A stretch of 64,000 bases of DNA from an uncultured Chloroflexia bacterium (GTDB lineage: Bacteria; Chloroflexota; Anaerolineae; CG2-30-64-16): contig CAWAOA010000007.1 of NCBI GenBank assembly GCA_963783655.1, positions 273,991 to 337,990 on the forward strand, given 5' to 3'. Each line of letters opens with the position of its first letter. Position 1 is the stretch's first letter. Shown one piece after another: positions 40,079 through 48,337 of the stretch. Made by a program: the position numbers and the translations under genes. Under the pieces are notes generated by a model. It was not told where the DNA came from, ran no database searches, and saw only the letters and a program-made list of their open reading frames with translations.

Positions 40079-40829
40079 GGATGTGCGGCCCGACGCGGAT
40101 GCGCCGGTGCTGGTAGCGGTCTGCACGTCGCCAGGCGAGCTCGATCGTGCCCGGCATGAGGGATGGTACCGGATTCCCCTGCTCCGCTCGCCGCGCAGGG
40201 TGGCGGCCGAGTATCTGGCGCTGTACCAGACCGGCGCCTTCCCCGCCGGAGAACGATGGCAAGTACGTTGGGTTGCTTCCATACGGAGCTACGGCGTTGC
40301 CCAACGTCGCGAGCTGTTGCCCGAAGAGCCGGACCATCCCCATGCTCTCGAGCAGTACTATCGCCTGGATCTGGGTCCATTTGCACCCCTACCCTCTCCC
40401 ATCCCCAGCCGCCGGTTGCGCCGCATCACGTTTATCAACACCACCTGGGAGCGGCTGGAACGAGCGCGGGAGATCAACGATCTATGGCTGAAGAGCAGCG
40501 CGCAGGAGCGCCTTTGGGAGGCGCTAAAGACCGCCGGCCTGGCTGACGAGCGGCAGTACCCGCTGCGCGACGAGACGCCAGAACAAGTAGCCGACTTTGC
40601 ATTCCTCTGCTCGCGGGGCAAGGTGGCCCTGGTCGTGAGCGACGAACCGCAGACCGAGGCGCGAATCGGCGAGGAGGGGACACGCGATTATCTCGCTGCA
40701 TCCGAAGGATGGGTGCTGATGCGGGTAACATCCACAGAGCTGCTGGCCGAGGCTGAGGAGTGGGCAGCACGGGTCGCCTTGGCCGCCGCACAGCTGGGCG
40801 GGCTGGCGCAGGCAAGCGACGAAGCTTGA
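40068..40829 (+). CDS. Hypothetical protein, C-terminal segment resembling a DUF559/Vsr-like endonuclease fold
   Basis: ATG 40068 overlaps the uvsE 3' end by 11 nt. N-terminal conserved-looking block (GWYRIPL...AEYLALYQT). C-terminal VADFAFLCSRGKVALVVSDE. No family could be assigned by eye. Confidence 0.55.
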   Translation: MRNEDVRPDADAPVLVAVCTSPGELDRARHEGWYRIPLLRSPRRVAAEYLALYQTGAFPAGERWQVRWVASIRSYGVAQRRELLPEEPDHPHALEQYYRLDLGPFAPLPSPIPSRRLRRITFINTTWERLERAREINDLWLKSSAQERLWEALKTAGLADERQYPLRDETPEQVADFAFLCSRGKVALVVSDEPQTEARIGEEGTRDYLAASEGWVLMRVTSTELLAEAEEWAARVALAAAQLGGLAQASDEA

Positions 40830-40857
40830 AAAGCAAAGACCCCCGCGAACGGGGGTC
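40829..40857 (-). terminator. Intrinsic terminator of the tRNA operon (also closes the plus-strand gene)
   Basis: The minus strand reads GACCCCCG-uucg-CGGGGGUC followed by UUUGCUUUU. Confidence 0.8.
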
Positions 40858-40860
40858 TCG

Positions 40861-40936
40861 TGGTATCCCAGAGAGGACTTGAACCTCTGGCCTCTTCCTC
40901 CGCAGGGAAGCGCTCTATCCACTGAGCTACTGGGAC
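40861..40936 (-). tRNA. tRNA-Arg (anticodon GCG), CCA encoded
   Basis: Hand-folded cloverleaf: GTCCCAG-TA-GCTC-AGTGGATA-GAGC-G-CTTCC-CTGCGGA-GGAAG-AGGCC-AGAGG-TTCAAGT-CCTCT-CTGGGAT-ACCA. Confidence 0.85.
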
Positions 40937-40977
40937 ACGGATATATGTGCCGCACGGACGATACCGGTGCGGCAAGG

Positions 40978-41070
40978 CGGGGAGGGAGGGATTTGAACCC
41001 TCGAAGGGAGAAATAACTCCCTTACCCACTTAGCAGGCGGGCGCACTCGACCAGGCTATGCGACCTCCCC
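40978..41070 (-). tRNA. tRNA-Ser (anticodon GCU), class II with long variable arm
   Basis: GGGGAGG...CCCGC-CTGCTAA-GTGGG, variable arm AGGGAG-ttattt-CTCCCT, T arm GAGGG-TTCAAAT-CCCTC, acceptor 3' strand CCTCCCC-G. CCA is not encoded. Confidence 0.85.
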
Positions 41071-41086
41071 TGGCTGCTATTTTCAG

Positions 41087-41173
41087 CGGAGGGAGAGGGA
41101 TTCGAACCCCCGGTGACGTTGCCGCCACAACGGTTTTCAAGACCGTCGCCATAAGCCGCTCGGCCATCCCTCC
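41087..41173 (-). tRNA. tRNA-Ser (anticodon UGA), class II
   Basis: GGAGGGA-TG-GCCG..., anticodon arm ACGGT-CTTGAAA-ACCGT, long variable arm, T arm GGGGG-TTCGAAT-CCCTC, TCCCTCC-G. Confidence 0.85.
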
Positions 41174-41205
41174 GCGCGGCGCCTCTGCCCTCACGACTGG
41201 ACCGC

Positions 41206-41235
41206 AGTATACCACCCGCGATTGCCGCATGTCAA
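41206..41235 (-). promoter_or_regulatory. Candidate sigma-70 promoter of the tRNA-Ser/Ser/Arg operon (TTGACA-18-TATACT)
   Basis: The minus strand reads ccttTTGACAtgcggcaatcgcgggtggTATACTgcgg, about 30 nt upstream of the first tRNA. Confidence 0.6.
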
Positions 41236-41262
41236 AAGGTAGCGCAGGCGTTTTCTCGGCCG

Positions 41263-42549
41263 CTAGACCCGCCGGATGCTCTCCATGCCGCCCATGTACG
41301 GGCGCAGGACCTCTGGCACCTCGATGCTTCCGTCGGAGCGCTGGTACGTCTCCATCACGCCGATCATCAGCCGCGGCAGCGCCAGCCCCGATCCGTTCAG
41401 GGTGTGCACGAATTCGGGACGCCCGCCGGGCTCCGGCCGGAAGCGGATGTTCGCGCGTCGCGCCTGGAAGTCGAGGAAGTTGCTGCACGAGCTTACTTCC
41501 AGCCACTCCTTCACCCCCGGCGCCCAGAGCTCGATGTCATACTTGGCGGCGGCAACGAAACTCAGGTCGCCTGTACACATCTGCACGATGCGATGCGGGA
41601 TATTCAGCCCGCGGCAGACATCCTCGGCGTCGTCTATCAGCGACATGAGCTCGTCCATCGAGGTTTCGGGCCGGACGAACTTGACCATCTCAACCTTGTC
41701 GAACTGGTGCCCGCGCTTGATCCCGCGGACATCACGCCCCGCGCTCATCTTCTCCCGGCGAAAGCAGGCGGTGTACGCGACGTGCCTGATCGGCAGTTGG
41801 GCGCCGTCTAGAATCTCCTCACGGTACATGTTCGTGACCGGAACCTCAGCCGTCGGCACCAGCCACAACTCCTCCTCAATGTCACGATAGAGAAGGTCCC
41901 CGAATTTTGGCAGGTTACCCGTACCGATCAGTGCCGCCGTCCTGACCATATACGGCGGGTAGACCTCGGTGTAGCCGTGCTTCTCCACGTGCAGGTCCAG
42001 CATCCAGCTTATCAGCGCTCGCTGAAGGCGCGCCCCGGCCCCCTTCAGCATGTAGAAGCGAGTGCCGCTGACCTTGATTCCTCGCTCGAAATCGATGATG
42101 TCGAGCGCCGGACCGAGATCCCAATGAGGCTGCGGCTCGAAGTCGAACTGCCGCGGTTCTCCCTCTTGCCGGACTATGATGTTTGCGCTGTCGTCCGGTC
42201 CAACGGGCACGCTCGGATGGGGAATGTTGGGGATGCTCAGCATCACCTGCTCGAACGCCGCATCGACGCCGGATAGCTCGACTTCGATTTCTTGAATCTC
42301 TTTACCCACGTCGAGCATGCGCTGCTGCCTGGCTTCTCCTTCGGCGCGCTGCCCCGAGCGCATCAGCTGCCCGATCTCGCGCGAGCCGCTGTTCCGATCG
42401 GCACGGAGGATTTCGACTCGCGTAACCAGCGCCCGGCGGCGCTCGTCCAGCTCCAACGCCTGCAGCACGGGCTCTTCGGGTGCGCCCAGCGCTCGCATTC
42501 CCGCCAAAACGTGCTCACGGTGTTCGCGCATTAGCTTTATGTCGAGCAT
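41263..42549 (-). CDS. serS: Serine--tRNA ligase
   Basis: Starts MLDIKLMREHREHV. N-terminal coiled-coil arm and class II motifs (FRREKMSAGRDVRGIKRGHQF, GSGLALPRLM). Intact, 428 aa. Confidence 0.95.
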   Translation of the reverse strand: MLDIKLMREHREHVLAGMRALGAPEEPVLQALELDERRRALVTRVEILRADRNSGSREIGQLMRSGQRAEGEARQQRMLDVGKEIQEIEVELSGVDAAFEQVMLSIPNIPHPSVPVGPDDSANIIVRQEGEPRQFDFEPQPHWDLGPALDIIDFERGIKVSGTRFYMLKGAGARLQRALISWMLDLHVEKHGYTEVYPPYMVRTAALIGTGNLPKFGDLLYRDIEEELWLVPTAEVPVTNMYREEILDGAQLPIRHVAYTACFRREKMSAGRDVRGIKRGHQFDKVEMVKFVRPETSMDELMSLIDDAEDVCRGLNIPHRIVQMCTGDLSFVAAAKYDIELWAPGVKEWLEVSSCSNFLDFQARRANIRFRPEPGGRPEFVHTLNGSGLALPRLMIGVMETYQRSDGSIEVPEVLRPYMGGMESIRRV

Positions 42550-42577
42550 TACCCCTCCCGGATACCTAGCATAAAAA

Positions 42578-42602
42578 GCCCCTGTCCCGATGGACAGGGG
42601 GC
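42578..42602 (-). terminator. Intrinsic terminator-like hairpin inside the serS leader (attenuator candidate)
   Basis: The minus strand reads GCCCCCUGUCC-aucg-GGACAGGGGC followed by UUUUUAU, ending about 22 nt before the serS ATG. Confidence 0.6.
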
Positions 42603-42664
42603 GCATCCCTTGACCATTCTTGCCGCATCACCCGGCCGGCGCCGATCCTGAACGGTCGCAACAA

Positions 42665-42694
42665 ATTATAGCATCCGGCGGACGCGTGCGTCAA
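42665..42694 (-). promoter_or_regulatory. Candidate sigma-70 promoter upstream of the serS leader (TTGACG-18-TATAAT)
   Basis: The minus strand reads gcgTTGACGcacgcgtccgccggatgcTATAATttg. Confidence 0.55.
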
Positions 42695-42726
42695 CGCAAG
42701 TGGATGCCGGTGCCGCGGGGCGCGTT

Positions 42727-44089
42727 TCAAATTGGGGGCAGGTTTTGGGCAGCCTGCCAGCGTTGGGCAAAACGCCCGCTGAGGATGGCCGTGCGCACTG
42801 GCGTCAGGTTTTCGGCTCCCTTGCGGCTCCAGCGCATACCGGGCCCGCACAAGCGCGCTTGGTAGCGCTTAGCTCCGCCCTCGACCATGCCCGAGCCGAT
42901 GATCCAGTCTTCCTCGCGCATCTCCAGGTAGTTCATGCGCTGCTGATGCTGGCGGAAGTAGCCAGCCTCGCGTTGCAAGTGCTCAGCCGCTTCGGCCTTA
43001 GCCGGGGTCGCCTGCTCCAGCTCGCAAGCGATGCGTTCGGCATGGCCTTGGTACAGGGCCGTTTCGCGGCTGTTGAACCACAGCGTATAGGCCGGCGTGC
43101 CCTCGCCTTTGAACAAACGGGCCGCTTCGGCCAGGTGCTGCTTGGCGTGATACCAGTCCACCAGTTGCCGGCTCTCGCCAAAATGGACGGCAGTCTGGTG
43201 CCAGATCCAGACCGCACCATCACCGATCACCTGCGTCTCTTGGGCTTGCTCCCAGCCGCGCCTTCTGGCTTCCGTGAAAACGAGTTCGCCAAAGACTTCG
43301 GGTCCGCCCAAATGTGCCGCATAACTGACGTTGACGGCGTGGGCCGCCGGCCCGCGTTCGCCCGTGCGCTCGTCACGCTCCTGGCGCACAGCCAGCTCGA
43401 AGACCGCGCCCAGCTTCATTTCCTTCCAGCCCTCGTCGCGCAGGTGGACCATGAAGCCATCCATCGCTACGCCCATACGCTGATCGGACTGCTCAGCCCG
43501 GCTGGGCGGGTCCCATTTTTCGGGCAGGGCGGTGGCTCGCACCCGTTCGGCTTCTTCCAGCGCTGCAAACTGGCTGCCAGCTTGCTGTAATCGCCGCCAG
43601 ATACTCGTGGCCGGCAGTGTTACCTGCCCGATCTCGGCCAGGATGGCCTCGGCCTCCCGGTAAGGCACTAACCCGGCTAACCACACGGCCTGGCGGGCGA
43701 CCTCTGCCGTCAGATGCTCAGCGACGACATCAAGCTGAGGACCCAGGGGGAAAAAGCCCGCTTTCGCAGTGGGCACAGTGGTAATAGCCCCGCTCGACCT
43801 CGATCCCGCCGAGCCGGGTCTCGATGTCGATCCCTTTTTGCCCCTTGTAGCGCATCTCCGCCCCACAGGTCGGGCACTCCGGCGGTGCAGCCGGCTGGCG
43901 GGCCGCCTGATCCTCGATGATCGCTTCCAATAAGCGCTGGCCAAACCGCTGGCGCACGGCCAGCACCTTCTCTTCCATCTGGCTCAGTTTCGGCGCTCCA
44001 GCCTGCCGTTCCCAAGCCACCAGTTCGGCAATCAGCGCCTGGGCTTCCGCCAACAATGCCGCTTCCAACTGCTCAGGAGTGCGTCGCAT
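42727..44089 (-). mobile_element. ISKra4-family transposase gene (IS element, ends not defined); one frameshift at a G5A5 run
   Basis: Zinc-finger N-terminus (CPTCGAEMRY...YHCAHCESG) in ORF 43730..44089. DDE-type body (VAMDGFMV..., IGDGAVWIW, LVDWYHAKQHL, SGMVEGGAKR) in ORF 42727..43944. Deleting one G from 43746-43750 yields a single ~453-aa ORF. Confidence 0.8.
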
Positions 44090-44231
44090 CGCTCAACCTC
44101 ATACTGACGGGTTGACCCAATCCTAACACCCTCCTCCGGATGAGGACCGAGAGCGAGGAATGTCCGGACATCCCGGTCTGGCCGCCTGGCAGCCCGCCCG
44201 CCAGGCGGCGCTCGGCGGGAAGCAAGATCTC

Positions 44232-44260
44232 TTGACGCTCACCCGTAGGCGTTGTACACT
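44232..44260 (+). promoter_or_regulatory. Candidate sigma-70 promoter (TTGACG-17-TACACT) for the 44269/dGTPase operon
   Basis: ctcTTGACGctcacccgtaggcgttgTACACTcgcc. The -10 ends 8 nt before ATG 44269. Confidence 0.5.
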
Positions 44261-44268
44261 CGCCCCGC

Positions 44269-44698
44269 ATGTTACCTCAAGACGATGTGGAAAGCGGCCT
44301 CAATTCATCAGTCGACCCTGGCATGGCTTCGCAGCTTGCCGCGTTGGGGGCGGAGCAACTGCTGCCCTTCGGCGCCGACGAGCGATTGTGGAAGGCCTTT
44401 GTATTCCGCCCGTCCTCCGGTCGCTTCACCAGCCTCGAACACCGCATCTTCATCAAGGAGCGTCCCGACGGTACACTGGCGATGATATCGTTCGCCGTGC
44501 ATACTCCGCAAGGGGCGCGCGCTGTGCGCTCGAACGTGGTTCAGAGTCGCGCGGCTGAGTCGAGAAGACCTGGAACGCATCATCGAAGCAATCCGTGTGC
44601 GTGAAGGCACCGACGAAGATGAGGAGATCGACCTGACCGGAATGCCGACGCTGGAGGAACAGCTCCGTGTTTTGCAGGATCGCCTTTCGGGCCCCTGA
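44269..44698 (+). pseudogene. Hypothetical protein (~142 aa) with one frameshift
   Basis: ORF 44269..44604 (…LWKAFVFRPSSGRFTSLEHRIFIKERPDGTLAMISFAVH…) continues in another frame with a plausible acidic C-terminus (LSREDLERIIEAIRVREGTDEDEEIDLTGMPTLEEQLRVLQDRLSGP*). Confidence 0.45.
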
Positions 44699-44715
44699 AG
44701 AGGAGAGGACAGTCG

Positions 44716-45877
44716 ATGATCACAAGCAGAGCACAACTGGAAGAACGTGAGCGCCTGACCCTGGCGCCTTACGGAGTGGCGAGCGCCGCCAGCCGGGGCC
44801 GGGTTGTGGCCGAAGACGAGCACGACTATCGCGGCGCGTTCCAGCGTGACCGGGACCGGGTGATCCACACCACCGCATTCCGTCGGATGGAGTACAAGAC
44901 CCAGGTCTTCGTGTATCACGAGGGCGATCACTACCGGAATCGGCTGACCCACACGATCGAGGTTGCGCAGCTGGGACGGACGATGGCGCGGGCGCTGGGG
45001 GAAAACGAGGACCTGACCGAGGCGATCTGTCTGGCGCACGATCTGGGTCATCCTCCCTTCGGACACACCGGCGAAGCAACGCTGGGCAAGCTGATGGAGA
45101 ATGAAGGCGGCTTCGACCACCAGCGGCAAACAATGCGCATCGTTACCTACCTGGAAGAGCGATACCCGGAGTTCAACGGGTTGAATCTGACTTACGAGGT
45201 GCGCGAGGGGCTCGTCAAGCACGACACCGACTACGACGTCACCGACGCCGGCGGCTACGAACCGGAGAAGGCCGGCAGCCTGGCCTGCCAGGTAGCGAAT
45301 CTTGCCGATGAGATCGCGTACAACACGAGCGATCTGGAGGACGGTATCCGCAGCGGGGTGCTCGAGCTGCAAGATGTGCGTGAGCTGCGCATCTGGAAAC
45401 ACGTGCTGTCGTCGCTCGACATGTCCGAGGATTGCCGGCTTGACGACCTCCTCCGGGCGCGGATCATTCGCAGGTTAGTGGGTCTTGAGGTGACAGGAGC
45501 CGTTCGGGCGACGGAAGCAAACCTGGCGGCAGCCGGGGTCAAGACTGTGGACGAGTTGCGGTCGCTGGGCCGCAATGTGGCGGCGTTCGACCCCGAGCTG
45601 CTGCCGATGAACGCAGAGCTCAAGCGTTTCCTGCTGAGCCGCTTCTACCACCACCCACGGGTCATGAGGATGGCGGTTAAGGCGCACCGGACGCTGACGG
45701 CCCTATTCGCTGCATACATGGAAGAGCCGCTTCAGCTCCCGTACGAGACACAGAGCAGAATCAGAACGCGGGCCCGATTCACAGGCCCGCGTCATCTGTG
45801 ATTACCTGGCCGGCATGACCGACCGTTTTGCCATCCAGGAGCACACCCGGCTTTTCGATCCGGCGGCGAGCGTCTAG
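44716..45877 (+). pseudogene. dgt: dGTPase-like HD-domain triphosphohydrolase (Dgt family); C-terminal frameshift
   Basis: Motifs: FQRDRDRVIHTTAFRRMEYKTQV, NRLTHTIEVAQ, AHDLGHPPFGH. The last ~30 residues ([19 protein letters not shown]..., stop 45875-45877) are in another frame, with the break near 45770. Confidence 0.9.
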
Positions 45878-45878
45878 C

Positions 45879-47213
45879 TCAGGCAGGACGATCCGGTTTC
45901 AGGTAGGTGCGCAGCGACAGACGTACTTCGGCGAAGTACGTCTGAGGAGCTTCGTCGGGCACGTACATGACCTTCTCGATTTTGCCGTGCACCGCGATCT
46001 TACTGCTATTGAGCCAGAAATCTTCGCCGGGACGTACCACTACCGGTTCGCGACCCTCCGCGAGCTCGGTCATCAGGTTTTTGTCTCGCAGCGCGCCTTC
46101 ACTGATGAGCACCAGCGAGCGAGTATCTTGGTCGCTGGTTTCCCAAAGCCACACGTCGAGAGCAGCGGCCTGATCGCCGTTGCGACCCACCGGCTGCTTC
46201 AAGGTGACGCCACACTCGCCGATGAAACCGCCGTTGGGGTCGTTGATATCGAACGGCTGCTGATAGTCGAGCTCGCCGGCGTGGAATTGCGCTTCGAAGT
46301 CACCGACCGGTGTCAGCTCCCTTACCGAGTATTCGGGAATCGCCGCGGGTTCAGGGGCCTCGCGGCGTTTTAGTCCCGCCAACGCGCCCGTGGCGCGCGA
46401 TAGCGCTGAGGCGCCGCGCCGGACGGGGCTCTCCTTGGGAGCGGAGGCCTGATTGCCCCCGACCGGTTCGTCCTCGAGCCCGGGCCACGGATCCTGATCG
46501 CCCATGGCAACCTGATCGTACTCTTCGGCGGGCCAACTGGAGCGTGCCTCCTGGGCGATGTCCGCAGCCGATTGGTCGTTACCGGGGCTGCGCAGGTTGC
46601 GGTGTGTGCGTGTGTCAAGCCCGGCCGGAGCGGGGACCAACGACTGTTGCTGCCGCCAGCGCCTCACGAGCAAGATGATGGCGGCGGCGCCCAATCCGGC
46701 AACCAGCAGCCAGATCAGGCCCGTCAACAATCGCCGCCATAACGGCACAGGAGCCGTAGCCGCGGCTGAGGCAGGTACCTCTCCGCTCCGGACTGCCGTC
46801 GGCGCGGCAGTAGCCGCACCGGGACCGGCCTTTGCTGCGGGCGCTGCCTTGCCGACTGACAGCGCGGTTGCCAGGCGGCCGACGTTATCTGCCTGAGCAC
46901 GGTTGCTGGAATTAGCCGTTGTCTGGAGAAGGCTGAGATGCTCTGCTAACTCGGTAGCCGGCCAAAGGGCCGTTCGCTCCCGCGCAACGCCAGCGTCCTT
47001 GTTGGTGTTGAACGACTCCGCTACCATCGTGAGATATTGATCCCGGTAGTCCACGCGCAGATCCTGAGGCAATGAGTTGGTGTAGGTCACGGGCCACAGC
47101 CACCAGCCAATGACCAACCAACCAAGCAGAAGACCGGCGAGGAATACGATGAGCCAGGGTAGCCAGGCAGGCTGGCCCTTCCCCCCATAGTATCTCTCTC
47201 GATGAATCGTCAT
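45879..47213 (-). CDS. Hypothetical membrane protein (two TM helices, Ala/Pro-rich linkers, ~170-aa C-terminal domain of unknown family)
   Basis: The start MTIHRERYYGG is chosen for its 6-nt spacing from AAGGAGG. TM helices: WLPWLIVFLAGLLLGWLVIGWWLW and LLTGLIWLLVAGLGAAAIILLV. Confidence 0.6.
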   Translation of the reverse strand: MTIHRERYYGGKGQPAWLPWLIVFLAGLLLGWLVIGWWLWPVTYTNSLPQDLRVDYRDQYLTMVAESFNTNKDAGVARERTALWPATELAEHLSLLQTTANSSNRAQADNVGRLATALSVGKAAPAAKAGPGAATAAPTAVRSGEVPASAAATAPVPLWRRLLTGLIWLLVAGLGAAAIILLVRRWRQQQSLVPAPAGLDTRTHRNLRSPGNDQSAADIAQEARSSWPAEEYDQVAMGDQDPWPGLEDEPVGGNQASAPKESPVRRGASALSRATGALAGLKRREAPEPAAIPEYSVRELTPVGDFEAQFHAGELDYQQPFDINDPNGGFIGECGVTLKQPVGRNGDQAAALDVWLWETSDQDTRSLVLISEGALRDKNLMTELAEGREPVVVRPGEDFWLNSSKIAVHGKIEKVMYVPDEAPQTYFAEVRLSLRTYLKPDRPA

Positions 47214-47242
47214 TGCCATCCTCCTTAGCGGGAACGGGGACA

Positions 47243-48337
47243 CTAACGCAACGGCACGATTGGATCCTTGGGCGCGGCTGAGAGCACCTCGGCGCCTTTT
47301 TCCGTGAGCAGCACCAGGTCCTCGATCCGGACACCACCCCATCCGGGCAGATAGATGCCCGGCTCGATGCTGAAAATCGATCCTTCCGGAAGCGGCCCAT
47401 GCGCCGAGCCGGCGAGGCGAGGCTCCTCATGTACGGCCAGCCCTACGCCGTGACCGAGTCCGTGACCGAAGTGGTCACCATAGCCTGCTGCCGAAATCAC
47501 CTGGCGAGCTACTGCGTCCGCCTCGCGGCCTGTCATTCCCGGCACTACAGCTGCCTGTGCGGCAAGCTGTGCCTGTAGAACCGTATTATACACCTCCCAG
47601 AACTTGTCCGGCTCGGCGGGTTCACCCAGGCACCAGGTACGCGTCAAATCGGAGCAGTAGCCATTGAGGCGCGCCCCCATGTCGACAACAATCGTTTGGC
47701 CCGGGGCGATTTCGGAGTCGCCCGCACGAGCATGCGGCAGCGATGCGTTCGCGCCTGCCGCGACGATCACTTCGAACGAGGCTGCCTCGGCGCCGTGAGT
47801 GCGCATGAAGCTCTCGATTTCCCACGCCAGGGCCCGCTCTGTCATTCCGGGGCGAACGAGCCGGCGGGCGTGTCCAATGGCCTCGTCTGCCAGCCGGATG
47901 GCCGCGCGCATCGCCGCCAGCTCAGCCGGGTCCTTCACGGCTCGCAAACTGGCCACCAACCCGGAGGCAGGCACCCACGTGACGCCGGGGGTTGCCTCGC
48001 ACCAACGCTGCACCTCGGCATACGTAGCATACTCGCTCTCAAACGCCGGGTGGGTGGCGCCGGCGCGCGCGAGCATCTCCTGGAGCGCTTCCTCCGGCGA
48101 ACGCTTGAGGCGAACCAGTTCAACGTGAGGCGACTCCAGACCCACCTGTTCATAGTAGCGAAAGTCCGTGGCAAGCAAGGCATGATCTGCCGACACGAGC
48201 AGCCAGCCCGTCGAACCCGTGAAACCACTCAGGTAGCGCCGGTTCTCCCTCTGGTTAACGAACAACGCATCCAGATTCTGTTCCGCGAGCAGCGTGCGCA
48301 GGCGCGCAAGCCGGGCCGTGTACTGGGAATCACTCAT
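47243..48337 (-). CDS. M24 family Xaa-Pro aminopeptidase
   Basis: Intact 364-aa ORF. Creatinase/prolidase N-domain plus pita-bread motifs (VVDMGARLNGYCSDLTR, HGLGHGVGLAVHE, SIEPGIY, RIEDLV). Confidence 0.9.
   Translation of the reverse strand: MSDSQYTARLARLRTLLAEQNLDALFVNQRENRRYLSGFTGSTGWLLVSADHALLATDFRYYEQVGLESPHVELVRLKRSPEEALQEMLARAGATHPAFESEYATYAEVQRWCEATPGVTWVPASGLVASLRAVKDPAELAAMRAAIRLADEAIGHARRLVRPGMTERALAWEIESFMRTHGAEAASFEVIVAAGANASLPHARAGDSEIAPGQTIVVDMGARLNGYCSDLTRTWCLGEPAEPDKFWEVYNTVLQAQLAAQAAVVPGMTGREADAVARQVISAAGYGDHFGHGLGHGVGLAVHEEPRLAGSAHGPLPEGSIFSIEPGIYLPGWGGVRIEDLVLLTEKGAEVLSAAPKDPIVPLR

Noticed and set aside
42549-42700. T-box riboswitch upstream of serS
   Set aside because: The leader is only ~110 nt. 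It has no Stem I/specifier loop and no AGAGA/GNUGGA elements. The T-box-like GGGUGAUGCGGC lacks the UGGN bulge needed to pair with the tRNA NCCA end. I kept it only as a generic attenuator candidate.
42700-43590. 296-aa plus-strand ORF, plus 62942..63676 (244 aa, minus strand)
   Set aside because: They are antisense to the ISKra4 transposase and the IS630 HTH ORF respectively. Neither has motifs.
42610-44230. Terminal inverted repeats / target-site duplication of the ISKra4 element
   Set aside because: The only shared strings (CATCCGG, TTGACGC) have inconsistent spacing, and the TTGACGC copies are better explained as -35 boxes of two outward promoters. The borders are left undefined.
44308-45402. 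364-aa minus-strand ORF
   Set aside because: It is antisense to the dGTPase gene, which carries clear HD-domain motifs.
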